Positions 52,954 to 61,132 of a stretch of 61,807 bases of DNA are shown one piece after another; within the stretch, counting starts at the first letter, position 1, and every line of letters starts with the position of its first letter. The stretch is from an uncultured Gammaproteobacteria bacterium. Its GTDB lineage: Bacteria > Patescibacteriota > Microgenomatia > Levybacterales > UBA12049. Position numbers and translations under genes: made by a program. The stretch spans positions 1-61,807 of the forward strand of contig CAZRWL010000003.1 of NCBI GenBank assembly GCA_964603935.1, read 5' to 3'. Under the pieces are notes generated by a model. That model ran no database searches. It was not told the origin of the DNA and worked only from the letters and a program-made list of their open reading frames with translations.

Positions 52954-54411
52954 ATGATACTATCTTTAGTTATTTTAGTGCCGTTGGCAGCTTCCATCCT
53001 TTCGCTTCTTGTAGCAAAAAGAGCGAAAAATTTATACAGAATAGCTGCTGCTGCCTCTTTCATTGAGCTTGCGGCTTCTTCAGCCGTAACTTATTCAATC
53101 GCAGTGAATAATTCTCCTTTCTCATGGACGCCTTATTTCTCGGTTGATTTCTTGGGAGCAATTTTGCTGATGTTGGTTGCAATCGTGGGACTTGCAACAT
53201 CAATATATTCTATCGGATACTTTAAAGCCGAAGTAGATAAAAAAATTATCGGCTTTCACAGAGTGAGAGAATATTTCATACTTTTGCATTTATTTTTAAT
53301 GGCAATGTTTTTTGCGATAACCACAACAAGCCCGGTTCTGATGTGGATTGCCATTGAAGCTACAACTCTCTCAACAGCCTTCCTCATAAGTTTTTATAAT
53401 AAGCCATCTGCCATGGAAGCGGCATGGAAATATCTGATTATCAATTCTATCGGACTTTTAATAGGATTCCTGGGCACATTGCTCTTTTTATCTATTGTTT
53501 CCCACCCCTATCCTATAAATTTAATAGACTGGAGCGCATTGGCAAAAAATGCTTCCAATGCAAATCCCCTTATAGTTAAAATTGCTTTTGTTCTTGTATT
53601 GATCGGGTACGGAACAAAAGTCGGGCTTGCGCCCATGCACACATGGCTGCCGGATGCCCACAGCAAAGCACCTGTACCTTTAAGCAGTCTTCTTTCCGGA
53701 GTCTTATTAAATGTTGCTTTCCTTGCAATCATACGTTTCAAAATAGTTACCGACTTGTCCGTAGGAGCTAACTTCTCACAAGGACTTCTGATATTCTTTG
53801 GAATTTTGTCTATCGTAATCGCCTCCCTTATTATTCTTATGCAGAAAAATTATAAGAGGCTTTTGGCGTACTCAAGCATTGAACATATGGGAATTATTGC
53901 TTTGGGATTTGGATTTGGAGGCATTGGAATTTTCGCGGCATTATTGCACATGGTATACCACTCGCTCGCAAAATCCATGCTGTTTTTAGCCTCAGGAAAT
54001 ATTTTCCTGAAATATAGTACCACTAGAATATCAAGCACAAAAGGAGCGATCTTCGTTCTCCCCGTTACGGGAGTTCTGTTCCTTGCCGGATTTTTGGCTA
54101 TAACAGGAATTCCGCCCTTTGGCACGTTTCTGACCGAGATATACATTGTTTCGGCCGGACTCAAAAATCATCCTGTCATTGTAATCACTGCTATTATCGC
54201 GCTTACTCTTGCTTTCGTAGGTTTTCTAAGAAGCGTTTTCTCTATGGCTTATGGCGAACCCGGAGAAATTACAAAAGGAGAGAAAAGCAAATGGACTACT
54301 CTTCCTCTGATTGCTATATTTATTATCTTGCTTGCATTAAGCTTATATTTGCCTGACTTCATAAAAGTCTTCATACAAAATGCCAGCGCTTTGATTTCTA
54401 AAACCATATGA
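52954..54411 (+). CDS. HyfF/NuoN/M-like antiporter-type membrane subunit
   Basis: GTKVGLAPMHTWLPDAHSKAPVPLSSLLSGVLLN. Confidence 0.85.
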   Translation: MILSLVILVPLAASILSLLVAKRAKNLYRIAAAASFIELAASSAVTYSIAVNNSPFSWTPYFSVDFLGAILLMLVAIVGLATSIYSIGYFKAEVDKKIIGFHRVREYFILLHLFLMAMFFAITTTSPVLMWIAIEATTLSTAFLISFYNKPSAMEAAWKYLIINSIGLLIGFLGTLLFLSIVSHPYPINLIDWSALAKNASNANPLIVKIAFVLVLIGYGTKVGLAPMHTWLPDAHSKAPVPLSSLLSGVLLNVAFLAIIRFKIVTDLSVGANFSQGLLIFFGILSIVIASLIILMQKNYKRLLAYSSIEHMGIIALGFGFGGIGIFAALLHMVYHSLAKSMLFLASGNIFLKYSTTRISSTKGAIFVLPVTGVLFLAGFLAITGIPPFGTFLTEIYIVSAGLKNHPVIVITAIIALTLAFVGFLRSVFSMAYGEPGEITKGEKSKWTTLPLIAIFIILLALSLYLPDFIKVFIQNASALISKTI

Positions 54412-55979
54412 AAGCATCAGAAATAATAAAACAATATATTCCGGAAGTAAAAAATGCCAAAACAGAGGGCAATTTGCTTCTTTTTGAGGTAACTGCATCA
54501 GAATTGGCAGCTAAATATTCTGAACTGTATGTAACGAATAAACTGCCTTTAAAAACTATAAAAGCAACTGACGAAAGAAAAAAAGACGGGTGCTTTAGAA
54601 TTTATTACATTTTCGGCGTGCCTTCGGAAAATATATTTATAGCCCCCTATTTGAGCCTGAAGGATACTGCCTCTTTCCCGTCAATTGTCCCGACAATTCA
54701 TGAAGCAACCCGCTATGAGCTGGAAATAAAATCATTTTTCGGTCTTGATCCGGCAGGACATCCCCAATCAGGCGAACAATTTATCCTGCAGGAAAACTGG
54801 CCATTAGATGCATTTCCTTTGCGTAAAGATTTTCTCTGGGACAAAAGGCCGCCGACGGCTCACAATCCCTATCATTTTCAGGAAGTTGAGGGAGAGGGAA
54901 TTTACGAAATACCGGTTGGGCCTGTTCATGCCGGAATAATTGAGCCAGGTCATTTTAGATTCAGCGTTGCAGGAGAAGAAATTGTTTCCCTTGAACCGCA
55001 GCTGGGATATACCCATAAAGGAAGCGAAAAATTATTTGAAATACTGCCTTTGGAAGACAAAATCAGACTTTCAGAAAGAATTTCCGGCGATAGCTCATTT
55101 GCTCATTCTCTGGCTTTCTGCATGGCCATGGAAAGCTTAAGCGATATAAAGACTTCTGCCCGCGCGGATTATCTAAGACTTATATTTGCCGAACTGGAGC
55201 GAATTGCCAATCACTTTGGCGATATTGGTTTCATTATGAATGACACGGGTTTTGCTTTCGGAGGAAGCAACGGAACAAGACTTCGCGAGTATATCATGCA
55301 ATGGAATGAAAAACTTACAGGAAGCAGATTTTTGCGCGGCGTTAACACAATTGGCACAGTTACCAAAGACATTTCAAGCTCCGACAAAAAAGAATTAACA
55401 GATTCCCTTGGAAAAATAGAAAAAGATTTTTCTGAAGTAATTAGTATCGCGGAAGATAACGAATCTTTAATTAACCGCCTCAAAGGAACCGGAACTCTAA
55501 ATCTGCAGGCAGGCTTGGATCATGGAATAACCGGCATAGCGGCGAAAGCACTGGGAATTCAATCTGATGCCAGAATAAATCATCCATACGGCGCTTACAA
55601 AGATCTTCCTCTCCATATCTCAACCGAGCAATCAGGAGATGTTTATAGTCGGTATCGCGTGAGAGTTAAAGAGGTAAATTCGTCAATTGCTCTTCTTAAA
55701 AAAGCTTTGGAAAAACTCCCTGAAAGCAATCTTGAAAACGGAAAGAATATCAAACTTAGGAAAAATTCCTACGCAGTCAGCGTTGCTGAAGGATGGCGCG
55801 GAGATATTGTTTATTTTGTAAAAACAGATGAAAAAGGAAATATTGAAAGAGTCGGAATCAGGGACTGCTCATTTCTAAATTGGGCTGCTCTGCCTCATGC
55901 AGTTTTGGGAAATATAATCCCCGATTTCCCATTAATTAACAAAAGCTTCAACCTCTCCTACTCCGGCAATGATAGGTAA
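54408..55979 (+). CDS. HycE/HyfG-like NuoC-NuoD fusion large subunit lacking the NiFe cysteines
   Basis: GPVHAGIIEPGHFRFSVAGEEIVSLEPQLGYTHKGSEK is diagnostic. The expected RxCGxC appears as ERISGDSS, and the C-terminal DPCxxCxxR appears as NLSYSGNDR. Confidence 0.85.
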   Translation: MKASEIIKQYIPEVKNAKTEGNLLLFEVTASELAAKYSELYVTNKLPLKTIKATDERKKDGCFRIYYIFGVPSENIFIAPYLSLKDTASFPSIVPTIHEATRYELEIKSFFGLDPAGHPQSGEQFILQENWPLDAFPLRKDFLWDKRPPTAHNPYHFQEVEGEGIYEIPVGPVHAGIIEPGHFRFSVAGEEIVSLEPQLGYTHKGSEKLFEILPLEDKIRLSERISGDSSFAHSLAFCMAMESLSDIKTSARADYLRLIFAELERIANHFGDIGFIMNDTGFAFGGSNGTRLREYIMQWNEKLTGSRFLRGVNTIGTVTKDISSSDKKELTDSLGKIEKDFSEVISIAEDNESLINRLKGTGTLNLQAGLDHGITGIAAKALGIQSDARINHPYGAYKDLPLHISTEQSGDVYSRYRVRVKEVNSSIALLKKALEKLPESNLENGKNIKLRKNSYAVSVAEGWRGDIVYFVKTDEKGNIERVGIRDCSFLNWAALPHAVLGNIIPDFPLINKSFNLSYSGNDR

Positions 55980-56083
55980 AATTAACGCTATGAACCGGAG
56001 CAGAAAGTTTATGTTTTTTTGTGATGCGAAATCTCAATTGATATAATTTTACGAACTCTAAATTAATACAACTGAAGGAACAG

Positions 56084-56932
56084 TTAAACCTTCAGTTTAA
56101 ACTTGTAAACCACTTTTCCCATTGCTTCAGCTCTGACTGTTTCTCCTTTAATTCTTACCCATATTCTGTAGGTAATAAATTCGTTGGGAACTCTGTATCT
56201 TTTTCCAAAAAGAGATATTGAAGAATCACGATAGACGAGTCTCCTAATGGTAATCGTCAGAAGTTCTTGGAGCTCCTGTTTAGGTTTTCTCTTTTCACAT
56301 GGAAGGTAAGCCTCAGCAGGAGTCCTTCCATTCATTCCAATGCCACTATGCTTAAACTCCTCATTAAACTTAATCTGCCATTTAAAGAATCTTCTATTTA
56401 GTTCTTCAAAGGATTTAACGTCAAGATTTTCTCTGGCAAAATCTTGTTGAACAAATCTCCAGAATTTTTCAATCTTACCTTTAGTCTGCACTCTATGAGT
56501 AAAAATCAGGTCAATTCCTAAAGCTTTTGCATAAAACCGGAAGGTTGACTGAGCATATTCACCCGTCTGAGTGTACCTTGCGTTTGCTTTGTATTGCGAG
56601 CCCTTGTCTTGAAGCATTTTCTTGGATAATCCCCATTGAAATAGACAGTGATACCAGACTCGAAAGACATTCATTTGTGTTTGTTGGGAAAACCATTTTC
56701 CCCCAAGGATAAACCTTGAATGGTCATCAATAGTTGCAACCAAATATGCATCACCCAAAAAGGGGAAATATAATTTTCCCTGAATATCTGACTGCCATAA
56801 ATCATTTGGGTAAGGCGCGACAAAACGGGTAATTGGCTTCAATCTCTCAACGTTTAGTTGATTTAAACCATACTCAACCCAGACCTGCTGAATTCTCCTT
56901 ATGGAAATGGCGGAAATGCTGGCCAATCTCAA
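56084..56932 (-). pseudogene. transposase DDE (rve) catalytic part
   Basis: Candidate DDE triad in WQSDI, DDHSR/QDKGSQY and KGKIEKFWRF. It lies in the +1 frame relative to the HTH part. Confidence 0.65.
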
Positions 56933-57200
56933 GAACTTTTCTAGCTGATCTCCAGTTGCCTTTTTTCTTTAATTTCAGCACCTCTGAAAGCTGTCTGGGA
57001 GTTAATTTGCGGTTGTTACTATGTCTCAAATCCCTTAGGGCATCCAATCCGCTTCTTGTAACTTTATTTAGGTAACGATAAATGGTTAATCTTTTACAAC
57101 CTAGTATACCTGCCGCTTCTTTACTGGCAATTTTGCCTTTTAAAAGTTTCCCTATTGTTTCCTTTTTAAATTCTAAACTTTGTCTTTTCAATTTTCTCAC
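56874..57200 (-). pseudogene. transposase N-terminal HTH part (split from the catalytic part)
   Basis: The HTH region ASKEAAGILGCKRLTIYRYL. The reading frame ends inside the overlap with the DDE ORF. Confidence 0.6.
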
Positions 57201-57323
57201 CTCCTATCTTTTTGGAAGATAAGTGTAACAATTCAGATTTCGTTTAGATGTATCTATTTAGATTTCGCGTAACATTTTTTTTAATTTTCTTGACAATAAA
57301 TTAAAACCGTGCAACAATAAGTT

Positions 57324-57686
57324 GTGGCAAAAACAAAAAAACAGAAAAGCATGTCTGAGGATACAAGGACAATTGTCGCTATTCTTCTTTTGCTTTTCGC
57401 ATATCCCGTTGGATTCATTTTCATGTTGGGCTGGACTAATTGGTCAAAGGGAGTAAAATGGCTTGTTAGTATTCCTCTGATTATTTCTATTTTAGCTTTT
57501 ATTATTTTTATTTTAGGAATACTATTCTATGCACGCACAGCACGTACCGATCCTTACATACCTACATCTAAACAACTCGACGAAGTGGGACGAAAAGCAA
57601 TCTGCCTTCAAAAATGCGGATTAGATACCAAAGATACTGCATGCATCAATACATGCATGAATAACCCTACTGCTCCCGCTCAATAA
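57324..57686 (+). CDS. small membrane protein with Cys-rich tail
   Basis: GTG start, two TM segments, and a C-terminal CLQKCG...CINTC. Confidence 0.35.
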   Translation: MAKTKKQKSMSEDTRTIVAILLLLFAYPVGFIFMLGWTNWSKGVKWLVSIPLIISILAFIIFILGILFYARTARTDPYIPTSKQLDEVGRKAICLQKCGLDTKDTACINTCMNNPTAPAQ

Positions 57687-57757
57687 CTACACAAACCGGG
57701 CTTGAATATATCAAATGCGTCTCGGGCTTTTGAGAATATCCAAAAAGAAATCGGACC

Positions 57758-58171
57758 CTATAATTCTTTAACTTTTTCAATAATAATTGCATAGGTTTTT
57801 TTGTTTTTATCTGAAAATATTTGTTGGCATTTATTAGCAACACACTGAGTATTTGTTTTCATAGCATCCGTATTGGATTTATTTGGCAAATAAATCGCCT
57901 CTATTGACACATTCTTTCCCAGATATTGATCTAAATTATCGCTACTTTTTGCAACATAAAAAGAGCCATCCGGAATATTGTGCGTACACGCTACGGTGTA
58001 AATACCATTTTTATCTTTTTGAATAGAACATATTGCATTTACACCTATTGCTGGATTAGGAGGACCAATTGGAGAAATCATTGCTTCATAGAAAAACCAC
58101 CCGATAAAACCCAAAGAACATACTAGAAGAACAGTAAGAGTAACCAGCTTCGCATTCATTAATAATAACAT
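57758..58171 (-). CDS. hypothetical membrane-anchored protein
   Basis: The ORF is trimmed to the internal Met (MLLLMNAKLVTLTVLLV...), because the track's N-terminus overlaps the fic promoter repeats. Confidence 0.35.
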   Translation of the reverse strand: MLLLMNAKLVTLTVLLVCSLGFIGWFFYEAMISPIGPPNPAIGVNAICSIQKDKNGIYTVACTHNIPDGSFYVAKSSDNLDQYLGKNVSIEAIYLPNKSNTDAMKTNTQCVANKCQQIFSDKNKKTYAIIIEKVKEL

Positions 58172-58220
58172 TATATCACTTTTATTCGTGCGCAAACCGG
58201 GTTTATTTCCCAGGCGGGAT

Positions 58221-58272
58221 TTACAATTAGCTTGACAATTAGCTTGACAATTCCCTGAAATATAGCTATAAT
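58221..58272 (+). promoter_or_regulatory. three tandem 12-bp units (ttgacaattagc-like), the last forming TTGACA-17-TATAAT for fic
   Basis: Sequence ttacaattagc ttgacaattagc ttgacaattccc ... tataat. The -10 lies at 58267-58272, 7 nt before ATG 58280. Confidence 0.55.
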
Positions 58273-58279
58273 GATGTTC

Positions 58280-59293
58280 ATGCATAGACCTACCTACACT
58301 ATTACCCCAAAACTCTTAAGCGCTGTAAGCGAAATAGAACGTTTGTACGGAAGACTGGAAGGAATGAAGGCGCCTCAAAGTCTGCTTCTTAATCTTGAGC
58401 GGGATAATCTTATCGAGTCCTCATATGCTTCCAATAGTATCGAGGGGAATTCTCTTTCTCAACCAGCCGTTACCAATCTACTGTTAAATGACAGAGTTCC
58501 GACCAACCGTGACGAAAAAGAAGTTGTCAATTATTTTCAGACTCTTAAGACTCTTGAAAAACGACTGAAGGAGCCCATAACTGTAACGGAGATTTTAAGT
58601 ATCCATGCTCAACTAATGTCCGGTATAGATGACAAAAATAAAGGACAAATAAGGAATGAAGAAATCATCGTGGGCAACCGTGACGCACAGGGAGAGTTTT
58701 TGATAAGACACAATCCTCCTTTTCACGATAGGGCAACTATTGAAAAAGCATTACGAGAATTAACAAGTTGGCTAGGAGTGAGCAAGGAACTTCCTATTCT
58801 TAAAGCCGGAATATTCCATCATCAATTTGTCTATATCCATCCTTTTGTCGATGGAAATGGTAGAACATGTCGCTTGACTACTGCTCTCATCTTTTTAAAA
58901 CATAATTACCTGATTAATAAATACTTTGTCCTGGATGATTACTATGACATTGATAGAAATAGCTATTCAGATAATCTACATTCCGCTGACAACGGAAATC
59001 AAACACAATGGCTTGAGTATTTCGCAGAGGGAGTAAAATTTTCTCTACAGAGCGCTCTTGGTCGTATTGAAGCTGGAATGAATCAACTCTCTTTTGGCAT
59101 GCGTCCCAGTCCACGAGAGACTGATGCATTAAAAATAATACAAAAATACCGACAAATGAATACAGCAGATTTGGTAAGAGAATTGAAAATTACCAGACAG
59201 CAAGCCTTCAATCTATTAAAAGCATTGACTGAAAAAGGATTTATAGAGAAGAAAGGAAGCACGAAAGATAGTTACTATATTCTAAAAGACTAA
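58280..59293 (+). CDS. Fic family protein (class II, with N-terminal inhibitory motif)
   Basis: Active site HPFVDGNGRTCR, inhibitory helix motif SNSIEG (SxxxEG), and a C-terminal wHTH. The start is set at ATG 58280 because 58271 overlaps the -10. Confidence 0.9.
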   Translation: MHRPTYTITPKLLSAVSEIERLYGRLEGMKAPQSLLLNLERDNLIESSYASNSIEGNSLSQPAVTNLLLNDRVPTNRDEKEVVNYFQTLKTLEKRLKEPITVTEILSIHAQLMSGIDDKNKGQIRNEEIIVGNRDAQGEFLIRHNPPFHDRATIEKALRELTSWLGVSKELPILKAGIFHHQFVYIHPFVDGNGRTCRLTTALIFLKHNYLINKYFVLDDYYDIDRNSYSDNLHSADNGNQTQWLEYFAEGVKFSLQSALGRIEAGMNQLSFGMRPSPRETDALKIIQKYRQMNTADLVRELKITRQQAFNLLKALTEKGFIEKKGSTKDSYYILKD

Positions 59294-59360
59294 AATTACT
59301 CGTGATTCGCATGGGGCCAAACCACACACGAACCGGGCTTGAAATAGATGAACAAATGAG

Positions 59361-59417
59361 GACTTTCCCATAATTAACAAAAGCTTCAACCTCTCCTACT
59401 CAGGCTCCGACCGCTAG
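59361..59417 (+). pseudogene. displaced 3'-end fragment of a HycE/HyfG-like large-subunit gene
   Basis: It encodes DFPIINKSFNLSYSGSDR-stop, against DFPLINKSFNLSYSGNDR-stop at 55923-55979. 45 of 57 nt are identical, including a ~30-nt exact core. Confidence 0.7.
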
Positions 59418-59424
59418 GGAATTT

Positions 59425-59835
59425 TTATAAGTCGGAGGCGAGTTTGAAGCCGAGTTTTTGATACCAAGTGTCAAAAGAAAATATTGTCTGCGCATTAAGT
59501 TTTTTGGCAGTAGCTGCAACAAGCGCGTCAAAAAAAGTATTCTTCTTGGAGCCTTTAGGATTATAGATTTCCGCAGCCTCTTGCATTATATACTCATCAA
59601 CATATTCCACCTCGAATAATCCTTTTTTATAGTGTTGGACTAATAAATCTGCAACAGTAGGATTTGCTAATTTTCGATGCAGCGTCGTAATTGCCTCTGC
59701 TATAGCAGTATTAGGAAAAATAACAGTGTGTCCCTCCGAATATAAATACTTGCTAATTTTCGATGCTTCTTCATAATGACTGTCTTCTTCCAGAAATAAA
59801 GCAATTAACACATCGGCATCGCCAATAATAATCAT
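59425..59835 (-). CDS. vapC: PIN domain toxin (VapC-like)
   Basis: MIIIGDADVLIA... (first acidic residue) and FFDALVAATA..., downstream of an RHH gene. Confidence 0.8.
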   Translation of the reverse strand: MIIIGDADVLIALFLEEDSHYEEASKISKYLYSEGHTVIFPNTAIAEAITTLHRKLANPTVADLLVQHYKKGLFEVEYVDEYIMQEAAEIYNPKGSKKNTFFDALVAATAKKLNAQTIFSFDTWYQKLGFKLASDL

Positions 59836-59840
59836 AACGT

Positions 59841-60116
59841 TTACACTCTAGCGTTAGGGTTTCTTTTCTTACCGCCCCATGTATAATAATCATGGTTTTC
59901 AGATAAATCTCTTGGACCCTTTATATGAAGTTTTTTTGCCAAATTTGCAATATCAATAAGCGCCCTCGCAGAAGAAGATTTTTTGGGCTCGACTATTTTT
60001 AAGCCCGCTTCCAAAATGTTTCGGGTAACTTCCGCCTTGCTTTTGCCTCTCAAACGGGCCAAATAAGCGATTTCCCTATTCATTTCTTCGGGTAAATAAA
60101 TATGTGTTCTTTGCAT
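59841..60116 (-). CDS. vapB: ribbon-helix-helix antitoxin (VapB/CopG-like)
   Basis: RTHIYLPEEMNREIAYLARLRGKSKAEVTRNILE has an RHH pattern. Confidence 0.7.
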   Translation of the reverse strand: MQRTHIYLPEEMNREIAYLARLRGKSKAEVTRNILEAGLKIVEPKKSSSARALIDIANLAKKLHIKGPRDLSENHDYYTWGGKKRNPNARV

Positions 60117-60123
60117 AATACAT

Positions 60124-60145
60124 ATTATAGCACATGTAACATGTG
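60124..60145 (-). promoter_or_regulatory. vapBC -10 (TATAAT) plus palindromic operator candidate
   Basis: On the minus strand, TATAAT lies at 60124-60129, 7 nt before the ATG at 60116. The perfect inverted repeat cacatgt-a-acatgtg lies at 60131-60145. Confidence 0.5.
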
Positions 60146-60173
60146 TATGTCAAGATTACACGGACTATTTACC

Positions 60174-60202
60174 TTGACTGTGGTAATTTTACTTGCTACA
60201 AT
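60174..60202 (+). promoter_or_regulatory. sigma-70-like promoter (TTGACT-17-TACAAT), 9 nt before ATG 60212
   Basis: The hexamers were read directly. Confidence 0.5.
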
Positions 60203-60211
60203 GCCTCACCT

Positions 60212-60898
60212 ATGATTGAAAGAGGAATTAATCCGCCTCAAAAAGATTCCATTAATAGTCTTGTTGAACTTAGGAGGGCATTTCGGAGGACGCACAACAA
60301 CCGTCAGCCCCTTAACGATGATACAATTGACAAAACTCTTGAACTTCCGCTTTTAGGAGATGACCAGGAACAGGGAGGCAAAGATGGGGAAGGATTTATC
60401 ACCGTTAACGGACGCGAGGAATTCATTGTTTATCAAGGAACTCCGTATAATCTTATTCGTGAGGGGATCAATTGGGTTAAACCAACATCTTCTGATGTAG
60501 TATACGATCTGGGATGCGGTTACGGAAGAGTCTGCCTGTATGGAGCACTTACAACACGTGCGAAATGGAAAGGAATAGACGTTGTCAAATCTCGGCTAAG
60601 TGCTGCTCGAAGAACAAAAAAAAGACTGAATATTCCGAATGTAGAATTTATTCAAGGGAATGTTGTGGATCAAGATTTGTCCGACGGAACTATATTTTAC
60701 TTATTTAACCCATTTAATGCAGATACGCAAGCTGAAGTAGTAAACAAGTTAAAAGAAATTGCAGAAAAGAAACCAATTCGTATTCTTTCATATTGGACTT
60801 GGTATTCTGAAACCGATCACAACAATATTCCCTCTTGGCTTAGGCTTATTAATCAAAGTCGTCAGAATTATTATTTTATGCAGCTCGCATCAAAATAA
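60212..60898 (+). CDS. class I SAM-dependent methyltransferase
   Basis: Motif I VVYDLGCGYGR, followed by IDVV and FLFNPF. The start is trimmed to ATG 60212 (MIERGINPP). Confidence 0.7.
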   Translation: MIERGINPPQKDSINSLVELRRAFRRTHNNRQPLNDDTIDKTLELPLLGDDQEQGGKDGEGFITVNGREEFIVYQGTPYNLIREGINWVKPTSSDVVYDLGCGYGRVCLYGALTTRAKWKGIDVVKSRLSAARRTKKRLNIPNVEFIQGNVVDQDLSDGTIFYLFNPFNADTQAEVVNKLKEIAEKKPIRILSYWTWYSETDHNNIPSWLRLINQSRQNYYFMQLASK

Positions 60899-60907
60899 GT
60901 ATTTTTG

Positions 60908-61000
60908 TGGATCGGGATGGAATCCTCCTTCGCTCCATTCGGAGCTTCGGAAGGACAAGTCGGACCATCTACTTGTCGCCTCAGGCGACCGTTCTACCAG
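60908..61000 (-). other. 5'-truncated tRNA-like copy with a 37-nt insertion in the T-loop and a non-canonical anticodon arm
   Basis: The minus strand reads CTGGTAGAAC G GTCGCC-TGA-GGCGAC AAGTA GATGG TCCG[37 nt]ATT CCATC CCGATCC A. It repeats the D-loop, variable, T-arm and acceptor 3' strand of the adjacent tRNA-Ile, but lacks the first 13 nt. Confidence 0.55.
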
Positions 61001-61072
61001 TGGATCGGGATGGAATCGGACCATCTACTTCTTCATTATCAGTGAAGCGTTCTACCAGTGAACTACCGATCC
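61001..61072 (-). tRNA. tRNA-Ile (anticodon GAU)
   Basis: Manual fold: GGATCGG TA GTTC ACTGGTA GAAC G CTTCA CTGATAA TGAAG AAGTA GATGG TCCGATT CCATC CCGATCC A. All four stems are perfectly paired, U33 and A37 are present, and no CCA is encoded. Confidence 0.85.
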
Positions 61073-61132
61073 AAATACAAAACATTATAGCAAATCATTC
61101 AACTTGATGTCACGGCATCACTTCTTGGAGTT

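Larger units (their letters stand above)
56020..57274 (-). mobile_element. IS481/IS3-like insertion sequence with 24-bp imperfect terminal inverted repeats
   Basis: IRL tgtgatgcgaaatctcaattgata (56020-56043) matches the reverse complement of IRR, tgttacgcgaaatctaaatagata (57251-57274), at 20/24 positions. Both ends abut T-runs, which may be a target duplication. Confidence 0.8.

Noticed and set aside
56874-56932. Programmed -1 ribosomal frameshift joining the two transposase ORFs.
   Set aside because: The downstream frame is +1 rather than -1 relative to the upstream ORF, and I saw no convincing slippery heptamer, so a frameshift mutation or indel is more likely.
57688-57712. Short repeat aaccgggcttgaa shared by 57693-57710 and 59331-59343, considered as possible borders of a Fic module.
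   Set aside because: Only 13 nt are exact with weak flanking similarity. Matches of this length are expected by chance in about 62 kb compared on both strands.
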